A stretch of 32,000 nt of DNA from an uncultured Clostridiaceae bacterium (GTDB lineage Bacteria > Bacillota > Clostridia > TANB77 > CAG-465): positions 81,012 through 113,011 of the forward strand of contig CAMVON010000004.1 in NCBI GenBank assembly GCA_947169155.1, read 5' to 3'. Within the stretch, counting starts at the first letter, position 1. Every line of letters begins with the position of its first letter. Position numbers and translations under genes: made by a program. The notes beneath the pieces are model-generated. The model had not been told where the DNA came from, did not search any database, and was given only the letters and a program-made list of their open reading frames with translations. This document shows, piece after piece, positions 16,411 to 26,305 of this stretch.

Positions 16411-17205
16411 ATGGATGAATATGTAAAAAATTTAAACGAAGTTTTAAATAGATTAAGTATATCACTTAGAAGTACGGTATATGATTTAATAGATAAAATA
16501 GCTACCATAGATAACACTATGTTTGAAAAAGAACCATTAAAAACTATATGTTCAACAAATCTTATATTTATAGTTCTAACTATAATATGGGCTATTATAA
16601 TTGCTATTTCATTTAAATACGTCTTAAATCTATATAGTAATCTAGCTATAAATAGAATTTATTTTTATATCTTAAAATGCGTTATTGTAGGTATAATAAG
16701 CTTAAATAGTTATAGCATTTGTAAAGAAATTATTAGTTTTAATGCTGATTTTACCAAACTATTAGAATTATCTTTAGAAGAGACAATAGATTCAAAAATT
16801 GAATATAAATTTATAGATGATAACATAGATTCAATAAATGACTTAATATCTTCAAAAGATAAACTAAGTTTAAATGGAGTAAAAGATGGTATAGTTTGCT
16901 TTTATATGATATCCCTTTTAATACTATTATCTCTAAGATATGTAATAGTAATATCATGCATAATTATCTCACCAATAATGTGTATATTATTACTTGTGCC
17001 AAAGCTAAATAATTATTTTTATACATATATAAAGGTATTCATATACAATTTATTACTTCAAAATATAAACATATTTATACTATATATTCCAATATCATCA
17101 AAAAATGAAAAGAGTATTTTCTTACCTATTATAATAGGTAGTGTTATACTTATATATAATGTAAATAAAAAAGCAGGAAGTATTATTTATGAGAAAAAGG
17201 ATTAA
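16411..17205 (+). CDS. polytopic membrane protein, VirB6/PrgH-like by architecture and position
   Basis: 264 aa with at least 5 predicted TM helices. Its ATG is 1 nt after the stop of the previous gene. Extremely AT-rich coding sequence. Family assignment is tentative. Confidence 0.35.
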   Translation: MDEYVKNLNEVLNRLSISLRSTVYDLIDKIATIDNTMFEKEPLKTICSTNLIFIVLTIIWAIIIAISFKYVLNLYSNLAINRIYFYILKCVIVGIISLNSYSICKEIISFNADFTKLLELSLEETIDSKIEYKFIDDNIDSINDLISSKDKLSLNGVKDGIVCFYMISLLILLSLRYVIVISCIIISPIMCILLLVPKLNNYFYTYIKVFIYNLLLQNINIFILYIPISSKNEKSIFLPIIIGSVILIYNVNKKAGSIIYEKKD

Positions 17206-17545
17206 TAAACAGCAAATCTTTAGCTTCTATAATAAAGTTCATAAATGGCATGGCTTAATAGATTACAAATCTTTAAGTGCTATAGTTGCGTACATATTTA
17301 TAACAAGCTATTTAGTGCTTAATTTAAATATTACAAATACGCTAAAGTTATATGTAATTATCATATTAGTTTTACCAGTGATTATCTTTACTCTTTTAAA
17401 TATTAATGAAGATTCAGTACTTGAAAAATTGGTTACAATTATAAAGTATATTTTTACAAAAAGGGTGTATACTAAAACGCTAGAATTCAAAGAAAAAGCA
17501 ACTATATATAAAAAGAATGCAGAAAATAGTCGTATTGAAAAATAG
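17189..17545 (+). CDS. PrgI/VirB3-like small membrane protein
   Basis: 118 aa. N-terminal Y-NK....GL..YKSL segment followed by two adjacent TM helices and a basic ...IFTKRVY tail, resembling PrgI-family proteins as I remember them. 17-nt overlap with the upstream gene. Confidence 0.45.
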   Translation: MRKRINKQQIFSFYNKVHKWHGLIDYKSLSAIVAYIFITSYLVLNLNITNTLKLYVIIILVLPVIIFTLLNINEDSVLEKLVTIIKYIFTKRVYTKTLEFKEKATIYKKNAENSRIEK

Positions 17546-17590
17546 TAGAATTAGTGATATAATGACATCCAATCAAGAAGGAGTATATAT

Positions 17591-18562
17591 ATGAAATTTG
17601 ATAGCCAAAAGAAAAAGTTAGAACTAGGCGATACACTTGTTCCAGATCTATTCATATTAAACAATATGAAAGCTCTTGGAAAAAACGATATGCATGTGTA
17701 TCTATACCTATTATATTTACTAAAGAATAATGTAGAAATAGATTCAGAGTTACTAATGAAAAATTTGGAGCTTAGTGCAGATGAACTTAAAATAAGTCTA
17801 GATGTACTTACAGCAGAAGGATTGATTCAAAAAACAACAAGAAGTGCTGTAGTAATAGATTTAAAAGAAGCAGAAATAAACAAACAATATACTCCTAAAT
17901 TTGATAGTAAAGTTAGCAGATATGAAAATGTAATAGATGAAAAAAGAAAAGCATGTGTTGATGCTATTTGTGAAAGTTTCTTTAATGGATATATGTCATT
18001 TAGTTGGCATACTGATATAGGAAATCTATTTAATATGTATGGATTTGCAGAAGAAGTAATGATAGCCCTATTTCAATATTGTCAAGAACGTAAAGCACTA
18101 AACAGAAAATATCTATTTGCTGTAGCTGAAACTTGGCATAATGGTGGAGTACATACTTTTGAAGAACTTGAAGCATTCTTAGATAACTATGAAAAGTTTA
18201 ATAAGATTAAGCAAAGAATATGCAAAGCTTTAGGTATTGTTGGAAGAAGCCTTTCAAAATATGAAGAAGAATTTGTAAAAAAATGGATTGAAGAATATAA
18301 CTATGATTTTGATATTATAGAAGAAGGATTAAAAAGAAGTACATCTACAACTAATCCAACTATAAAGTACATTGATGCAATAATATCAAGTTGGTATAAA
18401 AAAGGATACAAAACAGTAGATGAAATACTTGAGGCAGAAAGTCCAAAAACTATTGAAGATAAACCAATAAGAAAAATCCCATCTGCTATAGCTAAAAAGA
18501 AAAGTTATCAAAATTATACACAAAGAGATTATGATGATTATAACGAATTCTATGATGAATAA
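17591..18562 (+). CDS. DnaD-domain replication initiation / helicase-loading protein (Bacillus DnaB/DnaD-type)
   Basis: 323 aa. N-terminal wHTH-like region and two DnaD-type C-terminal repeats (FAVAETWHNGGVHTFEELEAF; IDAIISSWYKKGYKTVDEILE). GAAGGAG SD. Confidence 0.8.
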   Translation: MKFDSQKKKLELGDTLVPDLFILNNMKALGKNDMHVYLYLLYLLKNNVEIDSELLMKNLELSADELKISLDVLTAEGLIQKTTRSAVVIDLKEAEINKQYTPKFDSKVSRYENVIDEKRKACVDAICESFFNGYMSFSWHTDIGNLFNMYGFAEEVMIALFQYCQERKALNRKYLFAVAETWHNGGVHTFEELEAFLDNYEKFNKIKQRICKALGIVGRSLSKYEEEFVKKWIEEYNYDFDIIEEGLKRSTSTTNPTIKYIDAIISSWYKKGYKTVDEILEAESPKTIEDKPIRKIPSAIAKKKSYQNYTQRDYDDYNEFYDE

Positions 18563-18579
18563 TTGAGAGGAGTGGTTAT

Positions 18580-19587
18580 ATGCAAAGCGAAGCGTATAGA
18601 AAAATTGAAGCAGAGTACGATTACAAAAGACAACAAGCACAAAAAGATGCAAAAATGTTTAAAGAAAACGTATACGACGAACACCCACAACTTGCTCAAA
18701 TAGAAGCAGATATAGCAAAAGTTGCAATTGAATCTATGAAAGCTAGAATTAATTCAGACGACAGTAAAAGAGCAAAAGAACAAGAAAAGCTAGAAGAAAG
18801 AATAGAAGAACTTCAAGAAGAATATGATAAAGTTTTAAAAAGAATAGGTATGACACTTGAAGATTTTGAGCCAAAATATGAATGTGAAAAATGCAAAGAT
18901 ACAGGAATGTATAAAAATGCTATGTGCAGCTGCTTTAAACAAGCATTAATTAATGAATCATTCAAACAATCAAATATGCTTAAAATTAAAGATGAAAATT
19001 TTGAAACTTTTGATTTTGGATACTATTCATCTAATCCAGATAAAGAAAAATATGGAATAGATAAGTCCCCACTTGAAAAAATGGATGCAATTAGAAAACA
19101 AGCCTATGAGTTTTCTCATAGTCTAGATAATCCAGAGCAAAAAAATCTACTATTTAGTGGAACAACAGGACTTGGAAAAACATTCCTTGCTAACTGCATT
19201 GCAAATGAAGCAATAAAACAAGGAAAATCTGTTATATATCAAACAGCTCCAATTCTTCTAGATAAAATGGTAGATTATCAATTCAAATATAATAAAACAG
19301 AAGGTGACAGAGAAGAATATCAAAAAATATTTGAAGTAGACCTACTTATCATAGATGACTTGGGAACTGAAACAATGAATGCTGCAAAATTTAGTGAGCT
19401 ATTTAATATAATTAATACTAGACTTTTAAAAGGTAAAAAGATGGTTATATCTACAAATCTAACAACACAAGAAATTAAAAATCTATATGAAGAAAGAATA
19501 TTTTCTAGACTTGTAGGAGATTTTTCAATATTAAGATTTATAGGTGAAGATATTAGAGTGTTAAAAAAGAAAATAAATAAAGCATAA
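18580..19587 (+). CDS. AAA+ helicase loader, DnaC/DnaI-type
   Basis: 335 aa. Cys cluster CEKCKDTGMYKNAMCSC, Walker A GTTGLGKT, Walker B LLIIDDLGTE. Directly follows the DnaD-domain gene. Confidence 0.88.
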   Translation: MQSEAYRKIEAEYDYKRQQAQKDAKMFKENVYDEHPQLAQIEADIAKVAIESMKARINSDDSKRAKEQEKLEERIEELQEEYDKVLKRIGMTLEDFEPKYECEKCKDTGMYKNAMCSCFKQALINESFKQSNMLKIKDENFETFDFGYYSSNPDKEKYGIDKSPLEKMDAIRKQAYEFSHSLDNPEQKNLLFSGTTGLGKTFLANCIANEAIKQGKSVIYQTAPILLDKMVDYQFKYNKTEGDREEYQKIFEVDLLIIDDLGTETMNAAKFSELFNIINTRLLKGKKMVISTNLTTQEIKNLYEERIFSRLVGDFSILRFIGEDIRVLKKKINKA

Positions 19588-19592
19588 AAGAA

Positions 19593-19619
19593 AGAGTACC
19601 ACATAAGGTACTCTTTTTT
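19593..19619. terminator. bidirectional terminator between convergent genes
   Basis: Stem AGAGTACC / GGTACTCT (19593-19600 / 19607-19614) with A-run upstream and T-run downstream. Confidence 0.75.
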
Positions 19620-20535
19620 ATCCATTAAATTCTTCTCTTTTTCTTTCAATTTTAAGTAATTGTTCATATAGTTTTTCTTCTCTTTCAGAAATATCTTCTG
19701 GAAGATCAATATGAACTTTAAGATTTAAATCTCCACGATTTCCATCTTCAGTAACATATCCTTTATTTGGTACTGTTACTATTTCGCCATCTCTTAGACG
19801 TTTTGGAAGAGAAACAAATAGTTTTTCATCCATTACTTGAAGCTTGTACTTTCCACCAAGAGCAGCTACTGCTGGAGTTATATTTATATCTTTGTTAAAA
19901 TCTGTTCCCTCAATTTTAAATTCAGGGTCATCCAATAATTTAACATGTATAATTAAATCTCCATTTTTACCGCCATTTTTTCCTGGGTTTCCAAGTGCAG
20001 CAAGTCTAATCTTATCTCCGTTTTTTATTCCAACAGGAACTTTAACAGAGAAAGTCTTCATGCCAGTTTTATGTGCACGTATTGCAATTTTCTTTTCAGC
20101 CCCAAAGAAACCTTCTTCAAGTGTTACATCTAAATGAGTAACTATATCTGTACCTTTAATAGGTTTTTTCTTATCATCTATATTTTCATTATTCGAATTA
20201 TTGTCGCCTTTTCTAAATCCTAAAATTTGGTTTAGTATGTCATTAAATACATTTGCACCAGATTTGAATTCGTATTTTACATCTTGTAGTCCTGATTCAA
20301 TATTTGCAAAACCATAACCATATCTTGCAACTTGTCTATCGTATTTTCTTTTTTTCTCAGGATCCATAAGGATCGCATAAGCTTCATTTATATCTTTAAA
20401 CTTTTCTTCAGCATCTTTGCTTTTATTTTTATCCGGATGATACTCTTTAGCAAGTCTTCTAAAGTTAAGTTTTATATCTTGATCAGAACTTTTTCTGTTG
20501 ACTTCCAATATTGCGTAATAGTTTTTTTGTTTCAT
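19618..20535 (-). CDS. DnaJ-class co-chaperone lacking the zinc-finger domain (CbpA-like)
   Basis: 305 aa. J domain NYYAILEVNRKSSDQDIKLNFRRLAKEYHPDKNK and DnaJ C-terminal beta-domains. No CxxCxGxG repeats. Confidence 0.85.
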   Translation of the reverse strand: MKQKNYYAILEVNRKSSDQDIKLNFRRLAKEYHPDKNKSKDAEEKFKDINEAYAILMDPEKKRKYDRQVARYGYGFANIESGLQDVKYEFKSGANVFNDILNQILGFRKGDNNSNNENIDDKKKPIKGTDIVTHLDVTLEEGFFGAEKKIAIRAHKTGMKTFSVKVPVGIKNGDKIRLAALGNPGKNGGKNGDLIIHVKLLDDPEFKIEGTDFNKDINITPAVAALGGKYKLQVMDEKLFVSLPKRLRDGEIVTVPNKGYVTEDGNRGDLNLKVHIDLPEDISEREEKLYEQLLKIERKREEFNG

Positions 20536-20674
20536 ATAATACCCCTTTAAAAACTAATTCTAACTTGATTTTTATTATATCATAGATAATCGAAAATTCA
20601 AGGATATTCGCTTGATTTTTTAATTTTTTTATAATATAATGAGGGAGTAAAAAGCAAATGGAGGTATGTATATA

Positions 20675-23152
20675 ATGGACATTAATGATGAAAACTTTTT
20701 ATCGGCGCAAAAAATTGTTCCTGTAAAAATCGAAGATGAAATGCAAAAATCATATATAGACTATGCAATGAGCGTTATTATCTCCCGTGCCTTACCAGAT
20801 GTAAGAGATGGTTTAAAACCAGTTCATAGAAGAATTCTTTATACTATGTATGAAGATAAGCTATGGCCAAACGTTCCTTACAGAAAATGTGCAAATGTTG
20901 TTGGTGACGCAATGGGTAGATACCATCCACATGGTGACTCATCAATATATGATGCATTAGTACGTTTAGCACAAAATTTTTCACTAAGGTATCCTCTAGT
21001 TGACGGACATGGTAACTTTGGATCTATGGATAATGATCCTCCAGCCGCAATGAGATATACTGAGTGTAAACTTGAAAAAGTTGCACTCGAAATGCTTGAG
21101 GATTTAGACAAAGAGACAGTAGACTTTATGCCAAACTATGATGACAGATTAAAAGAACCTACTGTTTTACCAGCAAAACTACCATATCTATTAGTAAATG
21201 GTGCATATGGTATTGCCGTTGGTATGGCATCTAATATTCCACCACATAATTTAGGTGAAGTAGTAGATGGCACAATTGCTCAATTAGATAATCCAGAGAT
21301 TACTAATGAAGAATTAATGAAATATATCAAAGGACCAGACTTTCCAACAGCAGGTATTATTGTTGGAAAAGAAGGTATAAAAGATGCATATACAACTGGT
21401 CGTGGTAAAGTAACTATAAGAGCCAAAACTGAAATTGAAGAAGACTCACGTGGTAGATTTAAAATTATAGTTACTGAAATACCATACCAAGTAAACAAAG
21501 CAGCACTTGTTGAAAGTATTGCAAAACTAGTTCAAGCTAAGACTATTGAAGGAATCTCAGACTTAAGAGATGAAACAGATAGAGAAACAGGTTTAAGCTG
21601 TGGAGTAAGAATTGTTATAGAACTTAAAAGAGATGCAAATCCAAATGTAGTTCTAAATCAACTATTCAAACACACACAACTACAAAATTCACAATCTATG
21701 TTAATGCTTGCAATTGTAGATGGTGTACCTAAAGTATTACAACTTAGAGAAATACTAGGAGAATACATCAAACATAGAGAAAATGTTGTAATAAGAAGAA
21801 CTGAGTTCGACTTAAAACAAGCAGAAGCAAGAATTCATATCTTAGAAGGATTAAAAATTGCAATAGATAACATTGACAGAGTAATTCAAGTAATTAGAAA
21901 TTCATATGATGATGCTAAAGAAAACTTAATGAAAGAATTCAATCTTTCAGAAATTCAAGCTCAAGCTATCCTAGACATGCAATTAAGACGTCTACAAGGA
22001 TTACAAAGAGAGAAAATTGAAGAAGAATTAAATGAACTTCTAGCATTAGCTAAACACTTAAGAGAAATCTTAGGCTCTATGGAACTTGTAAAAGGAATCA
22101 TTAGAGATGAACTTCTAGAATTAAAACAAAAATTCGGAGATGAAAGAAAAACAGCTATCACTCATGGTGAAGGTGAAATAGATGTTGAAGACTTAATTAA
22201 AGAAGAAAACAATGTTGTTACACTAACACACTTTGGATATATCAAGAGAATTTCTCTAGATACATATAGATCTCAAAGACGTGGTGGTAAAGGACTAACA
22301 GGAATGAACACTCGTGAAGACGACTTTGTTGAACAAATCTTTGTTACTTCAACTCATAATAGCTTAATGTTCTTTACTAATACTGGTAAAGTATTTAGAC
22401 TTAAAACATATGAACTACCAGAAGCAGGAAGAACTGCAAAAGGAACAGCTATCGTTAACCTATTACAACTTAACCAAGGTGAAAAAGTTACTGCAGTTAT
22501 GCCAGTAGAAGACTTTAACGACGATACTAAATATGTACTTATGGCTACAGCAAATGGTCTTATTAAGAAGACTGCACTTTCTGAATATGGAAATATTAGA
22601 AAGACAGGTATCCAAGCTATTACTCTTAAAGATGATGATGAGTTAATAGATGTAAGACTTACTGATGGATCAAATGATGTAATCATGGTAACACATGGTG
22701 GACAATCTATTAGATTCAAAGAAGAAGAAGTAAGACCAGTTGGAAGAACTGCAATGGGTGTTAAAGGTATCGAACTTGCAAAAGACGATAAAGTAGTTGG
22801 AATGGAACCATTAAAAGAAGATAATGGATATGTTCTAGCAATTACTGAAAACGGATTTGGTAAGAGATCTGAAATGGATGACTATAGATGCCAAGGTAGA
22901 GCAGGAAAAGGTGTTCTAACATATAAAATAACATCTAAGACTGGTAATATTGTTGGAGTTAAACTTGTAAATGATGATGACGAAGTAATGCTTGTAACAG
23001 ATACAGGAGTAATCATTAGATTAAATGTAAATGATATTAGCATACTTGGAAGAAACACTCAAGGTGTAACTCTTATGAGAACATCTGATGGAGGAAAAGT
23101 AGTAAATATTGCTAAAGTTCCAAATGAAGATGAAGAAGTTGCAGATGAATAA
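20675..23152 (+). CDS. gyrA: DNA gyrase subunit A
   Basis: [26 protein letters not shown], active-site AAMRYTE, and GyrA-box QRRGGKG, which argues for gyrase rather than ParC. I prefer ATG at 20675, 10 nt after GGAGG, over the track start 20666. Confidence 0.95.
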   Translation: MDINDENFLSAQKIVPVKIEDEMQKSYIDYAMSVIISRALPDVRDGLKPVHRRILYTMYEDKLWPNVPYRKCANVVGDAMGRYHPHGDSSIYDALVRLAQNFSLRYPLVDGHGNFGSMDNDPPAAMRYTECKLEKVALEMLEDLDKETVDFMPNYDDRLKEPTVLPAKLPYLLVNGAYGIAVGMASNIPPHNLGEVVDGTIAQLDNPEITNEELMKYIKGPDFPTAGIIVGKEGIKDAYTTGRGKVTIRAKTEIEEDSRGRFKIIVTEIPYQVNKAALVESIAKLVQAKTIEGISDLRDETDRETGLSCGVRIVIELKRDANPNVVLNQLFKHTQLQNSQSMLMLAIVDGVPKVLQLREILGEYIKHRENVVIRRTEFDLKQAEARIHILEGLKIAIDNIDRVIQVIRNSYDDAKENLMKEFNLSEIQAQAILDMQLRRLQGLQREKIEEELNELLALAKHLREILGSMELVKGIIRDELLELKQKFGDERKTAITHGEGEIDVEDLIKEENNVVTLTHFGYIKRISLDTYRSQRRGGKGLTGMNTREDDFVEQIFVTSTHNSLMFFTNTGKVFRLKTYELPEAGRTAKGTAIVNLLQLNQGEKVTAVMPVEDFNDDTKYVLMATANGLIKKTALSEYGNIRKTGIQAITLKDDDELIDVRLTDGSNDVIMVTHGGQSIRFKEEEVRPVGRTAMGVKGIELAKDDKVVGMEPLKEDNGYVLAITENGFGKRSEMDDYRCQGRAGKGVLTYKITSKTGNIVGVKLVNDDDEVMLVTDTGVIIRLNVNDISILGRNTQGVTLMRTSDGGKVVNIAKVPNEDEEVADE

Positions 23153-23176
23153 TCTAAAATAAAAAGAAAATAATAA

Positions 23177-23207
23177 AGAGTATAGAATTTCTATACTCTT
23201 TTATTTT
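23177..23207 (+). terminator. rho-independent terminator of gyrA
   Basis: Stem AGAGTATAG / CTATACTCT with a 5-nt loop, then a T-rich run. Confidence 0.8.
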
Positions 23208-23212
23208 TACTC

Positions 23213-23241
23213 TTTACAATTTACATAAAATATAGTATAAT
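23213..23241 (+). promoter_or_regulatory. sigma-70-type promoter of the AI-2E transporter gene
   Basis: TTTACA (23213-23218), 17-nt spacer, TATAAT (23236-23241). Confidence 0.55.
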
Positions 23242-23266
23242 ATCACGCGAAAAGGAGGAATTGTTT

Positions 23267-24457
23267 ATGTTTGAATTAAATAATAAAAATGTAAAAAAGA
23301 TTCTTTTAATAATTACGTATGCAGCAGTGCTAATATTTGCATTGTTTAATATAAAATTTGTAGGATATATCCTAAACTTACTTAAACCATTTATTATTGG
23401 TTTTGCAATCGCGTTTATATTAAACATACCACTTAGTAAATTTGAATCTTTTTGGAAAGAAAAAACTGCCAGAAAAATTAAAGACAAAAAAGGTAGAGTT
23501 ACAAAAACTATACCAAAAGATTCAAAGCTTATGAGACCGCTTGCAATAGTATTTTCACTAGTTGTATTCATAGCAATTATAGCTGGAGTATTACTTTTAG
23601 TAATTCCTCAAGTTGGAAATACCGTTGGAATATTAAAAGAAAACATACCTACTGCATTTAATAATGTTAAAGACTGGGCAGTAGAAAAAGCCCACAATTA
23701 TCCACAAGTACTAGAAAAAATTAATGAATTTTCTCCTAACTGGAAAGAAGTAGATGCAAATGTTACCGAATGGGTAAAAAATGCAGCAACTGGTATAATT
23801 GGTGCAGGATTTACATTAATTAAAGGAGTAGTAAGTGGAGTAGTAAACTTCATTATGGGTATAATATTTGCTGTATATATGTTAGCTCAAAAAGAAAAAT
23901 TAACTCAACAATTCAAAAAGTTAATTAGGTCATTTTTAAGTGAAGAAAAAGCAAATAAGTTATTCCATGTGGGAAGTGTTACTAACGAAACATTTAAAAG
24001 TTTTATTGGTGGACAATTTATTGAAGCAATAATTCTTGGCGTTTTATGTTTTATTACAATGACTATATTTAGAATGCCTTATGCATTAAGCATATCAGTT
24101 GTTGTAGGACTAAGTAATATTATTCCTGTATTTGGTCCATGGTTTGGTGGTGCAATTGGTGCTATCATTATTCTTGGAACTAATCCAATGCAAGCTTTAT
24201 GGTTCATTGTCATGGCAATAGTACTACAACAAATAGATGGAAATCTAATTTATCCAAAAGTTGTAGGAGATAGAGTTGGACTTCCAGCAATATGGGTAAT
24301 GCTTGCAGTACTTGTTGGTGGAAATGGCTTTGGAATCATTGGTATGTTTGTTGGTGTTCCTGTGGCATCAGTAATCTACAAATTACTAAGAGAAAGAATT
24401 GAAAAGCAAAAAGAAGAAGCAAAATTAAAAGAAAAAACAGTAACAATAGAAGAATAA
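23267..24457 (+). CDS. AI-2E family transporter (PerM/UPF0118)
   Basis: About 396 aa, polytopic. C-terminal conserved stretch PVFGPWFGGAIGAIIILG...LQQIDGNLIYPKVVGDRVGLP. ATG at 23267 lies 8 nt after AGGAGG; the track start is a TTG. Confidence 0.85.
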   Translation: MFELNNKNVKKILLIITYAAVLIFALFNIKFVGYILNLLKPFIIGFAIAFILNIPLSKFESFWKEKTARKIKDKKGRVTKTIPKDSKLMRPLAIVFSLVVFIAIIAGVLLLVIPQVGNTVGILKENIPTAFNNVKDWAVEKAHNYPQVLEKINEFSPNWKEVDANVTEWVKNAATGIIGAGFTLIKGVVSGVVNFIMGIIFAVYMLAQKEKLTQQFKKLIRSFLSEEKANKLFHVGSVTNETFKSFIGGQFIEAIILGVLCFITMTIFRMPYALSISVVVGLSNIIPVFGPWFGGAIGAIIILGTNPMQALWFIVMAIVLQQIDGNLIYPKVVGDRVGLPAIWVMLAVLVGGNGFGIIGMFVGVPVASVIYKLLRERIEKQKEEAKLKEKTVTIEE

Positions 24458-24460
24458 ATG

Positions 24461-24492
24461 AAGTGAGAAAATAATTCTCACTTTATTTTTTT
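24461..24492 (+). terminator. rho-independent terminator
   Basis: Stem AAGTGAGAA / TTCTCACTT (24461-24469 / 24475-24483) followed by a T-run. Confidence 0.8.
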
Positions 24493-24519
24493 CATAATTT
24501 GTGATATAATAATTATGTA

Positions 24520-24843
24520 GTATTTCAGATGATTGCTTGCCTTTATGGCCAGAGGAAAGTCCGGACACTATAGAGCAGGGTGCTAGATAACGTCTAGTGG
24601 GAGTGATCCTAAGGAAAGTGCAACAGAAAATTACCGCTACTTTTGTAGTAAGGGTGAAAACGCGAGGTAAGAGCTCACGACAATCTATGGAGACACAGAT
24701 TGGGTGTAAACCCCACCTAGTGCAACACCAGAATGAAACGATATTAGGTTGCTCGCCAAGTTTCAAGTTGGTGGCTTGAGATGCATAGTAATATGCATTC
24801 TAGATAAATAATCATCTAATACAGAATCCGGCTTACGAAATGC
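24520..24843 (+). ncRNA. rnpB: RNase P RNA, type-A-like, compact (~324 nt)
   Basis: Universal P4 strands GAGGAAAGTCCGG (5') and ACAGAATCCGGCTTA (3'). Blocks CAGGGTGCTAGATAACGTCTAG, GTAAGGGTGAAAACGCGAGGTAAGAGCTCAC and GTGTAAACCCCACC parallel E. coli M1 RNA. P1 and P2 pairing of the ends (GTATTTC/GAAATGC; AGATGATT/AATCATCT). Extended -10 TGATATAAT at 24502-24510. Ends are approximate, within a few nt. Confidence 0.92.
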
Positions 24844-24859
24844 TCATATTTTATTTTTT

Positions 24860-24888
24860 AAAAGTCCTTTTGGGGCTTTTATTTTTTT
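24860..24888 (+). terminator. rho-independent terminator after rnpB
   Basis: 8-bp stem AAAAGTCC / GGGCTTTT (one G-U) with a 5-nt loop, then ATTTTTTT. Confidence 0.65.
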
Positions 24889-24934
24889 GCCAAAAAATAA
24901 TATGTAAATTAATTGTCGTTAAGCCTTAAAATCA

Positions 24935-24963
24935 TTGACAATTATTTTATTTTAATATAAAAT
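24935..24963 (+). promoter_or_regulatory. sigma-70 promoter of the CofE-like/T4CP operon
   Basis: TTGACA (24935-24940), 17-nt spacer, TAAAAT (24958-24963). Confidence 0.6.
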
Positions 24964-24999
24964 TTAAATAGTTAAATTCACAAGATTGGAGGTATTATT

Positions 25000-25698
25000 A
25001 TGGAGTTTAAAGCTTTAGAAGGAAAAAATGTAGAAATACAAGTAGGAGACAACAAATACATGAGACATGCAATTGAGACTCACTACATTCAACTTGGTGA
25101 AAGTTATATTGACATTGTTAAACAATATGTTTCTCCTATTTACGAAGAGGGAGATATTGTATCGTTTAGTGAAAAAATAATTTCTTTATGCCAAAAGAAT
25201 ATTGTATATAAAAAGGACGTAAAAGTATCCGGTCTTGCTAAGTTCTTATCTAAATTTGCTATGAGAACAGATGCAGGTATCGGTGTAGATAGTCCATATA
25301 AAATGCAATTTGCTATAGATATTAATGGACCTTGGAAAGTTTTATGGGCTGCTATTGCAGGAGGATTTTGCAAAATATTTGGAAAACATGGTGTTTTCTA
25401 TGAAATCGTAGGTAAAGAAGTTAGTGGACTTGATGGATTCTATGGAGATGTATTCTCAGATTATTCAGAATTTGGTATCAAAATTCCACAAAACCCAAAT
25501 GGAGTATGTAATGAAATATATGAAAAAACTGGAGTTAAATCTATGATTGTTGACGCAAATGACTTTAACCAAGAAATACTAGGTAAAGCAGACGCAATTA
25601 CTGAAAGCGAAGAAGAACTTATTGGTATGATCAAAGATAACCCTTGTGGTCAAGCTAAAACATTAACACCAATGGTATTAATTAGAAAAGTTAAATAG
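25000..25698 (+). CDS. CofE-like (F420-0:gamma-glutamyl ligase fold) family protein, function unknown here
   Basis: 232 aa. EGDIVSFSEKIISLCQ, IVDANDF and a C-terminal GQAKTLTPMVLIR resemble the CofE family as I remember it. GGAGG SD. The product call is tentative. Confidence 0.4.
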   Translation: MEFKALEGKNVEIQVGDNKYMRHAIETHYIQLGESYIDIVKQYVSPIYEEGDIVSFSEKIISLCQKNIVYKKDVKVSGLAKFLSKFAMRTDAGIGVDSPYKMQFAIDINGPWKVLWAAIAGGFCKIFGKHGVFYEIVGKEVSGLDGFYGDVFSDYSEFGIKIPQNPNGVCNEIYEKTGVKSMIVDANDFNQEILGKADAITESEEELIGMIKDNPCGQAKTLTPMVLIRKVK

Positions 25699-25724
25699 AT
25701 ATAATTTAGAAGAGGGGTTGAATT

Positions 25725-26294
25725 ATGGATAGTTTATTTAAAATGAACAAGTTTGAGGTTATTGACTTGCCAGGTATGAACACATTAGCTTTTTTAGTTG
25801 AAAGAGATTATGATGCATATTCTCAAGGTTATGCATATTTGTCTCTAGAAAAGTTAAGAAGTGTTGAGGTAAGAGAAGAAAACCAAGTAAAAAAAGTATT
25901 TAACGTGCTTGTAGATGACCCAGAAGATGAAGACGATATAGTTCTTCTAACACTTACAGATAGCAAAGCATTCTTAAGTACAGGAATTTTAGACAAAAAT
26001 GGATTCACAGTAGAAAATAGTAATGTTTCTTTAACATATGGCTCAATATATAACACTGAAGGAATTGAATATAGAGACGTTGCTTATACACCAGACTTAA
26101 GAAGAAACTTCTCAATTATTGATTCTCAAACAGGAGAAGAGGTAAAACCTTCTCTTTACAGAGACGATAATGGTGAGGTCAGAGGTAGATGCAAAATTAT
26201 GCCTAATAGACCATACATAGTATTAGAAGTATCAATGGATGATGAAGATATAAAAAAATTAAAGCTTGACGAAGAAGCAGATGAAATGATTTAG
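25725..26294 (+). CDS. hypothetical acidic protein (189 aa)
   Basis: ORF track entry, GAGGGG SD, 26-nt gap after the previous gene. No family recognised. Confidence 0.65.
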   Translation: MDSLFKMNKFEVIDLPGMNTLAFLVERDYDAYSQGYAYLSLEKLRSVEVREENQVKKVFNVLVDDPEDEDDIVLLTLTDSKAFLSTGILDKNGFTVENSNVSLTYGSIYNTEGIEYRDVAYTPDLRRNFSIIDSQTGEEVKPSLYRDDNGEVRGRCKIMPNRPYIVLEVSMDDEDIKKLKLDEEADEMI

Positions 26295-26305
26295 GAGGTA
26301 TAATA

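Noticed and set aside
17591-19587. DnaD-domain plus DnaC-like pair as a phage or ICE replication module attached to the T4SS-like trio
   Set aside because: Such pairs do occur on mobile elements. However, this pair has its own -10 element (GATATAAT) and SD, composition close to the housekeeping genes, and the size and zinc-module features of chromosomal Clostridial loaders. I lean toward core genes, but the window alone cannot settle it.
19320-20550. Track ORFs 19320-19709(-), 19844-20137(+), 20332-20550(+)
   Set aside because: They overlap the DnaC-like and DnaJ-like genes and the terminator between them. They have no independent support.
20878-22719. Four minus-strand ORFs inside gyrA
   Set aside because: These are shadow ORFs opposite a highly conserved gene, with Ser/Leu/Ile-rich nonsense-like translations.
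20536-23152. gyrA without an adjacent gyrB
   Set aside because: gyrA and gyrB are unlinked in many bacteria. The GyrA box (QRRGGKG) confirms it is gyrase A, so nothing is anomalous in itself.
24425-24779. 113-aa minus-strand and 60-aa plus-strand ORFs in the track
   Set aside because: Both lie within the RNase P RNA gene (24520-24843). They have no SD, and the region is explained by rnpB.
24910-24944. 8-bp inverted repeat TAATTGTC / GACAATTA overlapping the -35 of the CofE-like/T4CP operon promoter
   Set aside because: It is too short to be distinguishable from chance in DNA this AT-rich. It is noted only as a possible operator.
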